From an uncultured Candidatus Saccharibacteria bacterium (GTDB taxonomy: Bacteria; Patescibacteriota; Minisyncoccia; UBA6257; 1-14-0-10-44-23): a stretch of DNA of 64,000 nucleotides. Of this stretch, positions 1 to 7,931 are shown piece by piece. The stretch lies in assembly GCA_964641225.1 (NCBI GenBank), contig CAZXKC010000003.1, positions 1,177 through 65,176 on the forward strand. Direction: 5' to 3'. Both the position numbers and the translations under genes were made by a program. Positions within the stretch are counted from its first letter, which is position 1. The number at the start of each line of letters is the position of its first letter. The notes under the pieces are model-generated. The model had not been told where the DNA came from and searched no databases. It saw nothing but the letters and a program-made list of their open reading frames with translations.

Positions 1-74
1 CGCAAAAGCAGTATAGGCACAATCTGGGAAAAAATCAAAATGCAATACTAAAACTGATTATTAAAATCCTTTCT

Positions 75-100
75 CCGGTGCCGCGCATGCGCGGCACCGG
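75..100. terminator. Perfect 26-bp GC palindrome just downstream of the 103..423 ORF; probable terminator
   Basis: CCGGTGCCGCGCATGCGCGGCACCGG is its own reverse complement; lies 2 nt past the ORF stop on the minus strand. Confidence 0.6.
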
Positions 101-102
101 GA

Positions 103-423
103 TCAGGCGCTGATAGGTAGGGCGGGAGATTCGACGCTTCGGAAGCGCTCCACGTGTCTGAGCGCGAGGCGAAAGGCCTCTCGCAGCTGCACGTCGGTCA
201 ACTTACCGCGCAGACAGATCAGGTAGCGATAGAGCTGATTGGCCACGACCGTATCGAGCGGCTCGCTGCTGATCTGCTCCAGAACTGCGCGGATGCTATC
301 GAGTAGGCGCAGACGCTTCTTCGCAAGAGGCGCCCCTGCAAACGCCTCAACGTCAAACTCCAGTTTCAAACACGCCATCCTCAGAAAGGAGGGCGCCAAC
401 ACAATCTCTGCAGTGTTCTGCAC
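103..423 (-). CDS. Orphan 106-aa predicted helical protein (GC-rich mini-cassette 1)
   Basis: AAGGAGG (429-435, minus strand) 5 nt before GTG; GC-rich; 5' hairpin and downstream palindrome; no family recognised. Confidence 0.65.
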   Translation of the reverse strand: MQNTAEIVLAPSFLRMACLKLEFDVEAFAGAPLAKKRLRLLDSIRAVLEQISSEPLDTVVANQLYRYLICLRGKLTDVQLREAFRLALRHVERFRSVESPALPISA

Positions 424-478
424 GACGGCCTCCTTTCGGGATAAGTATGAAGACGAACAATCTCGGCTTCAGTTACAA

Positions 479-569
479 TATATCATATATGATATAATTT
501 ATTTTATTTAACCTGTTAATATCTCTATAATTCAAAATTACCGCCTACATTTATATCATATATGATATA
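479..569. promoter_or_regulatory. Two identical 18-bp palindromes TATATCATATATGATATA (479-496, 552-569); probable operator pair
   Basis: Exact copies 73 bp apart; first overlaps an extended -10 (TGATATATT, minus strand 477-485) for the 103..423 gene. Confidence 0.65.
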
Positions 570-580
570 TTTATTCCGCA

Positions 581-620
581 TCCAACACAAAACCCGCCAG
601 ATGGCGGGTTTTGTGTTGGA
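581..620. terminator. Intrinsic terminator after doxX
   Basis: TCCAACACAAAACCCGCCA-GA-TGGCGGGTTTTGTGTTGGA hairpin. Confidence 0.8.
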
Positions 621-639
621 ACCTATGACGCGTAATCTA

Positions 640-1068
640 CTAGGCCTTCGTGTGCCACTTGGCATCAAGCGAGTAGCGACCGGCGCCGGTAATCATCAAA
701 GAAACAAGTCCTGCAAACAAAATCAATACGAGCTCGTATCCGCCAGAGCTTACAAAGAAGCCCTTGCTGATGTGCACAGTAAAGAGCGCAACCAGCATAT
801 CAATAGCAAGCAATTTGCTAAACCAGTGTGTACCCAAACCAATGATGAGCGCGATACCGCCCAAGAATTCAAGCCACATAACGATAAAGGCAAAAAAGCC
901 GGCGGCCGGAATACCAACTGAGGTAAAGAAGGCGGTGACGCCATCAAGACCCATACCGTTAATTTTCTGCCAACCGTGGAGCAGGAAGGTGACGCCGATT
1001 ACAACACGCAAGATGAGCGGTGCGTATTCAGCCCACTTTGACGAACAGGTGCACATGAGTGCTTTCAT
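640..1068 (-). CDS. DoxX family membrane protein
   Basis: LILRVVIGVTFLLHGWQKI...EFLGGIALIIG...GGYELVL...GAGRYSLD motifs; start moved to ATG 1068 (the ORF-track extension is antisense to cassette 2). Confidence 0.9.
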   Translation of the reverse strand: MKALMCTCSSKWAEYAPLILRVVIGVTFLLHGWQKINGMGLDGVTAFFTSVGIPAAGFFAFIVMWLEFLGGIALIIGLGTHWFSKLLAIDMLVALFTVHISKGFFVSSGGYELVLILFAGLVSLMITGAGRYSLDAKWHTKA

Positions 1069-1139
1069 AAAAATAATAATTAAGATTAATAATTCATAGA
1101 TTATAACTGATATCGTGCTTAGAAAGAAATCTAACGGGA

Positions 1140-1169
1140 TTGACAAATTTTTAGAAAAGCGTATATTAT
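1140..1169 (+). promoter_or_regulatory. Sigma70-type promoter of mini-cassette 2
   Basis: TTGACA 1140-1145 with TATATT 1162-1167 or TATTAT 1164-1169. Confidence 0.7.
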
Positions 1170-1218
1170 TTTTGAAATCGCTCCGTGTCGGAGCGACGGC
1201 CAGAAGACTGGAGGACAG

Positions 1219-1416
1219 ATGTCTCAGAGCACGACCTTCGCAGACGCCGCGCCGACAGATCCTGCCCTGCGCCAAGATGACACCTCGCTGCCGAGGGCCA
1301 CGCGAGCGCAGACCGACGACTTCCTGGAGTGGGCGAGGGGCATCAACGGCTCCTTCCACAGGGACTTCGCGATCGACGACAAGGCGGCCCCTGCAGCTTG
1401 GCGAGTCTCGGGCTAG
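1219..1416 (+). CDS. Orphan 65-aa peptide (GC-rich mini-cassette 2)
   Basis: GGAGG SD at 1210-1214, own promoter, 5' hairpin TCGCTCCG-TGT-CGGAGCGA (1178-1196), terminator downstream. Confidence 0.6.
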   Translation: MSQSTTFADAAPTDPALRQDDTSLPRATRAQTDDFLEWARGINGSFHRDFAIDDKAAPAAWRVSG

Positions 1417-1442
1417 CTCTCGCCCGACGCGGGCAACCGCAG

Positions 1443-1488
1443 TCACCCCCACCCTACGTTGCTGTTTGGGCGGGGGTGAGGAGTTTTT
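1443..1488 (+). terminator. Terminator of mini-cassette 2
   Basis: TCACCCCCACCC...GGGCGGGGGTGA stem followed shortly by TTTTT. Confidence 0.6.
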
Positions 1489-1499
1489 AAGGGGATTTG

Positions 1500-1563
1500 C
1501 CGGGCAGTGAAAATGCGAGCATATGAACCCCGCGCTTCGCGCACTCGCATTTCTACTGCCCGG
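1500..1563. repeat. MITE/REP-like element copy 1 (20-bp imperfect terminal inverted repeats)
   Basis: CCGGGCAGTGAAAATGCGAG ... CTCGCATTTCTACTGCCCGG; the same ends recur inverted at 46054-46185. Confidence 0.7.
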
Positions 1564-1601
1564 TTGACCTTATTTTAAAAATCCGTATACTAATCAAACA
1601 T

Positions 1602-1865
1602 ATGAAACAGGATATCCACCCAACATACTTCCCGCAGGCACAGGCAATCTGTGGTTGTGGTAAGAAATTCGTTATTGGCTCAACAGTTGAGAAGATTGAA
1701 GTTGAAATCTGCTCAAACTGCCACCCGTTCTTTACCGGTAAAGAGAAGCTAATCGACACCGCTGGTAAGGTAGAAAAGTTCAAACAGCGCCGCGCAGCAG
1801 TTGCTGCAGCACCGAAGAAGGAGAAAAAAGTCCGAATTGCTAAGAATAAGAAGGGGGTAAACTAG
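1602..1865 (+). CDS. rpmE: 50S ribosomal protein L31
   Basis: MKQDIHPTY...CGCG...EICSNCHPFFTGK...DTAGKVEKF; TTGACC/TATACT promoter at 1564-1591. Confidence 0.98.
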   Translation: MKQDIHPTYFPQAQAICGCGKKFVIGSTVEKIEVEICSNCHPFFTGKEKLIDTAGKVEKFKQRRAAVAAAPKKEKKVRIAKNKKGVN

Positions 1866-1897
1866 AGGTACTAGATAGAGGACTATAGAGGTATTAG
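1863..1897 (+). repeat. Degenerate TAGAGGnnn ~9-mer array
   Basis: TAGAGGTAC TAGA TAGAGGACTA TAGAGGTAT TAG, starting at the rpmE stop codon. Confidence 0.7.
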
Positions 1898-1922
1898 AAA
1901 ACCGCCCGAAAGGGCGGTTTTT
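1898..1922. terminator. Bidirectional terminator after rpmE
   Basis: AAAACCGCCC-GAAA-GGGCGGTTTTT. Confidence 0.85.
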
Positions 1923-1925
1923 GAT

Positions 1926-2468
1926 TTAAGAGACACTTTCCGCGGCTGCGACGGTCGGTTCAACCACCTGCCTTTTCTTTGCGTGCAGTAGGGGAATACC
2001 GATGGCACTGGCAAGCAATAAGCCAACCGTATTACTGGTTAGATCGAGCCAGGTATCGATAAGACTGTCGGTAAACATCGTGCCGGTTACTGTTTGCATC
2101 ACAAATTCAGCCAGCTCATTAGCCACTCCAAGACTGGTAACCAGCAGCAGACTCATAACAAAAAATTGAAACTTAGTAATCTGCACCTTGCTGTCGCGCG
2201 CGGCGAAAAAACTCGTAAGTAAGGCTAAGAATCCACCACCAAACGCATGCAAGATACGGTTACCCAGCTGCTGATCGGAGATATTGTAACTAACGAAATA
2301 TGCCAGCAGGCTCAGGCCGGCAATCCAGACGAGCGAGATGATTGAACGGCGACTAAGAACAACCTTTCGTTTCTCGAAAAAATACGGAAAGAAAAAAAGC
2401 AGACCGGCATACACTACGCAGAAGGCGACCGTCAGAAACACCATATAGAAATAGTTGGCGAACTCCAT
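1926..2468 (-). CDS. Multi-pass membrane protein (DUF2238/VanZ-like)
   Basis: About 5 TM segments; H-x-x-G-G-F, E-x-x-E and DTWLDL-x-x-N-x-x-G motifs. Confidence 0.7.
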   Translation of the reverse strand: MEFANYFYMVFLTVAFCVVYAGLLFFFPYFFEKRKVVLSRRSIISLVWIAGLSLLAYFVSYNISDQQLGNRILHAFGGGFLALLTSFFAARDSKVQITKFQFFVMSLLLVTSLGVANELAEFVMQTVTGTMFTDSLIDTWLDLTSNTVGLLLASAIGIPLLHAKKRQVVEPTVAAAESVS

Positions 2469-2534
2469 GGGCTCTAGGATACCGCAAACGACTCGGGCGC
2501 GCCATCCCACCTAAGGCGAGCAAGCTGGCCGCGT

Positions 2535-2566
2535 AACACAAAACCGCCTATCGGCGGTTTTGTGTT
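2535..2566. terminator. Terminator downstream of nrdJ
   Basis: AACACAAAACCGCC-TATC-GGCGGTTTTGTGTT. Confidence 0.8.
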
Positions 2567-2667
2567 GTTCTCTATTTTTCCTCCCCAGGATTTTTGATTT
2601 TGCCCTAAAACGTCGAGTACGACGTTCGGGCGGCCGCCTTAGCGGCTTAGCCCTACCGCAGAAGCAA

Positions 2668-5160
2668 TTACCCGCACCTCGAGAAGCCACAACTACCGCA
2701 CGACATACACCCCTCCTTCAGCGTTAAACTTCCTCCACAATCCGGACAGCCTGGCATCATACCGTAATCAGCAAGCGCAGGTTTCTTAGCAGATGTCTCA
2801 TTCTGAGACTTTTGAGCTGGCGCCGGAGATGCGGTTACCATCTCGGCGATAGCACTGGCGCTTTCGGAAATAGCCTTTGTACCATTGGTCACGTGTTCTT
2901 CAAGAATCTGAGCGATAGCGTCTGGGAGCGAGAGAATAGTGCCGCGGTTGGTCATTACCGGCATTGGACCGCGAATACCCTTCATCTGCTTAATAATTTC
3001 TTCTACTTTAATATGGCTTCGAAATGCCGTTGAAATCAGGCGACAGAGGGCCTCTGACTGTTCCTGGAAGAATCCGCCGCTCTTACCAAGCGTTGCAAAC
3101 ACTTCAATCGGCGCGCCATGCTCATCATCGTTGACCGTCACAAAGAGCACACCGTACCCCGTCTTTACTCGATATGTCTTACCAGAAACAACGTCTGGAC
3201 GAGCGCGCGGTGAAAGCTTGCCGGCATCGATTGAAAGATTAAGTGGTTTTTCGATCTGTGCCGGAACACTGGTTGGATGTGCGTCAGAACCAATTGCATC
3301 AGTCGTTGATTTAATCTTTGAAGCATCGCCGATGTTGAGCACCTGTACATCGCGGCTACCATCACGGTAGAAGGTCATACCTTTGCACTTCAATTTCCAA
3401 GCAAGTACATATCCGGCGGCAACCTCTTCGCGCGTGGCGCGGTTAGGGAAGTTGATTGTCTTACTAATCGAGTTGTCGACGTGCTTCTGGAATGCAGCCT
3501 GCATCTTGATGTGATCCTCGGCTGAAATATCCATTGAGACGACAAAGGTGTCGCGCAAATCTTGCGGAAGACTGGAAAGATTTTGGATTGAGCCGGTTTT
3601 TATAAGCTCGTCCATGATGCCGCTAATATCGATCTTGCGATCTTTAAGCGCCTGCTCAAATACCGGGTTGAGATATTTATACTGAAGACCGTCTTTATCT
3701 TGCTTAGTAAAGAACAGCGCAAAGTTTGGTTCGATGCCACTTGAGCAGTCGGTAAACATCGAGATTGAGCCAGTCGGAGCAACAGTGGTCAGGGCAGCGT
3801 TGCGGTGTTTAATACCTTTTTTACCCCAGACTGATTCTTTCCAAAGCTCGAAGGTTCCTTTTTCTTTCGCAAGAATACCGCTCATCTTGTGAGCCTCTAC
3901 GTTGATAAAGCTCATCACTTTTTCGCCAAGTGCGCGACCCTCTTCGGAATTGTATTGCACGCCCAACTTGTAGAGCATGTCGGCAAAACCCATGATGCCC
4001 AGACCAATACGGCGCGTGCCCTGCGCACGATCGGTCACTTTTTGAACCGGGTGAGCGTATAAATCAATAACGTTGTCGTGTAAACGTACAGCGGTACGGG
4101 TAACAAACTTGAGACGGGTCCAGTCAAACTTGCCATTCTTTACAAAGGCCGAAAGGTTGATGGATCCTAGGTTGCAGACGTCGTAGTGATGCAGGAATTG
4201 TTCGCCGCACGGATTTGTTGAATCAATATCACCGAGCTGAGGAAGCGGGTTGGTCCGATTTGCAGCGTCGAGATTAACAACGCCCGGTTCACCGTTGCGC
4301 CAGGCTCCTTCAACGAGCTCATCAAACAACTGCTTGGCCGTGATATCAACCTCCTCTGCGCCGGTTACGGCTCCGTTAGGGGAGCGAAGCACGCGGTGCG
4401 GCTTCATCTTCTTGCCGTTCCAGGTTGCCATCCATAATTCATTTGGCTTTTCAGTGACCGCCTTCATAAACTCGTCGGTGATACCGACGGAGATATTAAA
4501 GTTACGGATATCGCCCTCCTGCTTTTTGCAGTGAATGAAATCAAGAATATCTGGGTGATGAATCGGCATGATTGCCATGTTGGCGCCGTGACGACCCTGC
4601 TGCTTGATGATGCCGAAAGCGGTGTTGTAGATTTTCAAAAACTCAATCGGACCCGAGGACATACCATTGGTACGCTTTGTCGGCTGACCAGCCGGACGAA
4701 GCCTGCCAAAAGAGAATCCGAGACCGCTGCCGGCCTGCTGTAGAAGCGCCGCCTCTTTTAGGGTCTGGAAAATTTCATCAAGCGTGTCGTGGACAGGAAG
4801 TACGATACAGTTAGCGATGATCGGCGTGCCGTTACCAACGTTGGTGAGCGTGCGCCCGGCAGGCGTATGCTCCTTGTTAGACATAATAGAGAAGAAATCC
4901 GCTTCTATCTTAGCTGCATCAGCCGGACTTTTACCGTATTTTGTCCGTTCAATCTCGGCAAGACCGTGCGCAACACGGTGATAGAGCTCTGCAGGCGTTT
5001 CTTGCGTACCATCAGCGCGCTTTGCAAGATAACGCTTCTTCATCATCTTAAGCGCATTTTCTGAAAAAGATTCGTTGACCTTTCTGTCGATCGCCGCCTG
5101 CGAAAGAACAGCAGTTTTTTTGGTGGCCGTTTTGGCGTGTGCCACATTCCGCTTCATCAT
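2668..5160 (-). CDS. nrdJ: Class II (adenosylcobalamin-dependent) ribonucleotide reductase with fused C-terminal TSCPD-like domain and Zn ribbon
   Basis: ANCIVL, TNPCGEQ, CNLGSINL, APTGSIS, KGMTFYRDGSR; C-terminal SLPDAIA and CPDCG...EGCMSCGSCGFSRC. Confidence 0.95.
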   Translation of the reverse strand: MMKRNVAHAKTATKKTAVLSQAAIDRKVNESFSENALKMMKKRYLAKRADGTQETPAELYHRVAHGLAEIERTKYGKSPADAAKIEADFFSIMSNKEHTPAGRTLTNVGNGTPIIANCIVLPVHDTLDEIFQTLKEAALLQQAGSGLGFSFGRLRPAGQPTKRTNGMSSGPIEFLKIYNTAFGIIKQQGRHGANMAIMPIHHPDILDFIHCKKQEGDIRNFNISVGITDEFMKAVTEKPNELWMATWNGKKMKPHRVLRSPNGAVTGAEEVDITAKQLFDELVEGAWRNGEPGVVNLDAANRTNPLPQLGDIDSTNPCGEQFLHHYDVCNLGSINLSAFVKNGKFDWTRLKFVTRTAVRLHDNVIDLYAHPVQKVTDRAQGTRRIGLGIMGFADMLYKLGVQYNSEEGRALGEKVMSFINVEAHKMSGILAKEKGTFELWKESVWGKKGIKHRNAALTTVAPTGSISMFTDCSSGIEPNFALFFTKQDKDGLQYKYLNPVFEQALKDRKIDISGIMDELIKTGSIQNLSSLPQDLRDTFVVSMDISAEDHIKMQAAFQKHVDNSISKTINFPNRATREEVAAGYVLAWKLKCKGMTFYRDGSRDVQVLNIGDASKIKSTTDAIGSDAHPTSVPAQIEKPLNLSIDAGKLSPRARPDVVSGKTYRVKTGYGVLFVTVNDDEHGAPIEVFATLGKSGGFFQEQSEALCRLISTAFRSHIKVEEIIKQMKGIRGPMPVMTNRGTILSLPDAIAQILEEHVTNGTKAISESASAIAEMVTASPAPAQKSQNETSAKKPALADYGMMPGCPDCGGSLTLKEGCMSCGSCGFSRCG

Positions 5161-5417
5161 GCTGGGGAGTATGATTATTTAAAATTTGATACGTCCTACG
5201 CAGAAAATAGTGTGGACATATTTTCGCGCCGATTCACGATTTCTACTCATCAAAAATTCCTGATGAGTGCCTCCAATTGTACTCCCACGTCTGAGGAGGT
5301 AGCAAGAGTGGATAACTAAAAAAATGTTTAAGTTAGAAATTTTTCACATCGAGTGTCAATGAGCACGAATACAGATCAAAAAATCAGCCGTGATGAGCTG
5401 ATGTTTTTGAATAAAAG

Positions 5418-5489
5418 TGCCGCGGGTCAGAATCGAACTGACAACCACTTCCTCTTCAGGGAAATGCTCTACCATTGAGCTACCGCGGC
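5418..5489 (-). tRNA. tRNA-Phe (GAA)
   Basis: GCCGCGG acceptor stem, AGCTCAATGGTAGAGC D-arm, CTGAAGA anticodon loop, GTTCGATT T-loop; CCA not encoded. Confidence 0.95.
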
Positions 5490-5606
5490 GTGAAAAGAAT
5501 TATATAGAAAATAGGACAACTAGGCAAATTATTAGTAATATTCTGTGGAACCTATTCCACAGAGCGCTTCTTTACCAAACGGAAAATTTACATTAAAATT
5601 AATACT

Positions 5607-6110
5607 ATGGCCAAGGCAAATTGCAAAGTATGCTATAAAGCTTTTTACGTCAGACCTAATCATGTCGCAAGAGGATGGGGTAAGTATTGCTCTCAGCAAT
5701 GCAACGGAAAAGATCGGCGGCGCTTCGGTAAGATAGTAGAATGCTACGTTTGTAAAAAAGAGGTATATAAAATGCCTGCTGCTTTAGCGCATTCTAAAAG
5801 TAAAAAATATTTTTGCACAAAATCTTGCCAAACGCGCTGGCGCAACTCAATGGTATATATTGGCGAGAACCATCCGAATTGGAAAGACGGGGGAGAGCGC
5901 CATTACAGGGATATTCTTAAAAAATCTAAACAGCAAGAAATATGCCAGCTATGTCGAACTACGGATAAAAGAATTTTGGCCGTGCATCACTTGGATCATA
6001 ATCATAGAAACAACAGAGTTGAAAACTTAACCTGGTTATGCCACAATTGCCACTACCTCATCCATCACCATGAAGATGAGCGTAAAAAACTGATGGTGCC
6101 TATAGTTTAG
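5607..6110 (+). CDS. HNH endonuclease with N-terminal Cys-rich zinc-finger repeats
   Basis: CKVC..YCSQQC, CYVC..FCTKSC, CQLC...VHHLDHNHRNNRVENLTWLCHNCHYLIH; stop codon lies inside tRNA-His. Confidence 0.88.
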   Translation: MAKANCKVCYKAFYVRPNHVARGWGKYCSQQCNGKDRRRFGKIVECYVCKKEVYKMPAALAHSKSKKYFCTKSCQTRWRNSMVYIGENHPNWKDGGERHYRDILKKSKQQEICQLCRTTDKRILAVHHLDHNHRNNRVENLTWLCHNCHYLIHHHEDERKKLMVPIV

Positions 6111-6169
6111 TGGTAAAACTTCACTCTGTGGCAGTGATATCGAGGGTTCGATTCCCTCTAGGCACCCCA
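6095..6169 (+). tRNA. tRNA-His (GTG)
   Basis: G-1/C73 signature (GGTGCCTA...TAGGCAC C CCA), TCACT-CTGTGGC-AGTGA anticodon arm, GTTCGATT T-loop. Confidence 0.96.
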
Positions 6170-7762
6170 AGATGCAATAAGTTGCGCGAAAGCGGCCTTC
6201 CGCATTGGAATGGTCAAGGTTTTGTCCAGTTCCAACCGTTCATATTCTGCCTTTAGTGCCGGATACTGGTTTTTTATCGGAACGAGCCATTCGTTCGCAT
6301 CAATCCTCACTTCTTTGTCTTTTACTGAAAATTTCTGACCAAGTGCCACAAAGATCTCGCGTTTCTTATCTAGCCCGCCCGTAATGAACTCTTTGCGGGC
6401 ATACGTCGCAAAATTAAAAGTTTTTTCGGTGAGCTCCAACCACTTCTCAGCCCGGCTCTCAGTTTGCCGCAGATTGCTTTTGAGTTTGGCGATCTTACCC
6501 TTCAATACGTCACGCTCTTTGATAAAAGCTTCGTCATCAATGAGTTCCCGATAGCGCATCCGTGTAAGGTTATCGAGCTCCTTCTGTGTTTCAACTAAAG
6601 AATTGTGCTGGGTCTCATAAATTTTTGTCCGCGTCTCAATCTCTTTATCATTGTTTTTATTGAGTATTTCAAGAGCCCACTTTTGGAAATCGGGAAGTAT
6701 GGTGTGAAGCTCCAACTCAACTTCAATCTGATCCTCAACTTCTTTTAGGGTCATTGGCTCACTGTGGCAGTCGCTGCCTTTTTTTCTTCGAGTGCAGTGG
6801 TAATAAGTGAAATTTTTAAGCTTACCTGTTTTTTTGATAATTTTATTTTTCTCACTTGCGGTATACATCGAGCCGCAAGTTGCACAGAGCATAATGCCGG
6901 TAAAGGCAAAATCGTGCGTCTTGGAGCGCGGCTTGCCTTTGCGTCCAAGAATGACCTGCACACGATCATACTCCTCAAGACTGATCATCGCCTTGTGCTT
7001 ACCGTTATCCCAGATTTTGCCACACCACTCAAAATTTACTCCGGTATAGAAAACATTAGTAAACATTTTGTAAATTGTACTGCTCCCAATCTCACCGCCT
7101 CCGGTACGCTTTGTTCTCGGCATACGCAAACCCCAATCCTTACTTGCGATTTTCCGTATCTGCGTTGGCGTATAATTTCCGGTGAGCATTAAATCCCACA
7201 TTTTACGGACCAGATGAAAACGTTCAGTATCTTCGTAAATCGTATGCTCCAGCTTATCGTTCAAGTATCCAAGTGGTGCACGTGATGGATACCAACCGCG
7301 CTCAGCCTTACCGACCATTCCGCGCATACTGTTTTTCCGCAAATCAATAATAAATTGGTTTGCCATCCCACTTTCGACATTGAAAAGCAGCACGTTGTCA
7401 TCGGGTAAAAATTCCCGATCCATTGTTTGGATGCATTTCAGTGCGCCCTGCTGGAGCATCCAACTCAGCGTTCCGCTATCAACTGGATTGCGAGAAAGTC
7501 GATTAATGCTCCAGCACAAAATGCCGTTCGCCTCGCCCCTCTCAATGCGCTCAAGCATACTCGTGAATACGGGGCGAGCATCAGGCTTCTTCGCAGACTT
7601 TGCCTCTGGGAGAATATCAACAATTTCCAGGCCAAGGGAATTAGCCAGCTTTTTCAAGTTGTTGATTTGATCTTCGATAGACTGAACCTGCCGGTCCTCG
7701 CTTTCCGATGACTTGCGAGGGTAGAGGAAGAATTTAAGTTTTTCTGTTGGTTCTGACTTCAT
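6158..7762 (-). CDS. Large serine recombinase (resolvase + recombinase + Zn ribbon + coiled coil)
   Basis: YPRKSSE...Q..SIEDQ, NRLSRN, APLGY, CATCG...YYHC; start refined to ATG 7762. Confidence 0.95.
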   Translation of the reverse strand: MKSEPTEKLKFFLYPRKSSESEDRQVQSIEDQINNLKKLANSLGLEIVDILPEAKSAKKPDARPVFTSMLERIERGEANGILCWSINRLSRNPVDSGTLSWMLQQGALKCIQTMDREFLPDDNVLLFNVESGMANQFIIDLRKNSMRGMVGKAERGWYPSRAPLGYLNDKLEHTIYEDTERFHLVRKMWDLMLTGNYTPTQIRKIASKDWGLRMPRTKRTGGGEIGSSTIYKMFTNVFYTGVNFEWCGKIWDNGKHKAMISLEEYDRVQVILGRKGKPRSKTHDFAFTGIMLCATCGSMYTASEKNKIIKKTGKLKNFTYYHCTRRKKGSDCHSEPMTLKEVEDQIEVELELHTILPDFQKWALEILNKNNDKEIETRTKIYETQHNSLVETQKELDNLTRMRYRELIDDEAFIKERDVLKGKIAKLKSNLRQTESRAEKWLELTEKTFNFATYARKEFITGGLDKKREIFVALGQKFSVKDKEVRIDANEWLVPIKNQYPALKAEYERLELDKTLTIPMRKAAFAQLIASWGA

Positions 7763-7931
7763 ACTTTTTTTGTGCAAAGAGGGACAACCCCGCTGGACAC
7801 AATTACTCTTGCGAGCTTTTGTAGACGGAGTTATCCCTCTTTGTATGCAAAAACTCGCAAAGAATGCAATTGTGTCCGAAGTCATTATACCGCTTTTTGC
7901 TGATCATATCAAAAGGGAATAGTTAGTAAGT

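Noticed and set aside
640-1452. 270-aa ORF-track extension of DoxX and the 131-aa ORF 1115..1510
   Set aside because: Both are shadow frames of the GC-rich cassette 2; DoxX homology begins near 1068.
2668-5160. Intein or intron in nrdJ (also checked recA and thyA)
   Set aside because: Frames are continuous, lengths are normal and no intein terminal motifs are visible.
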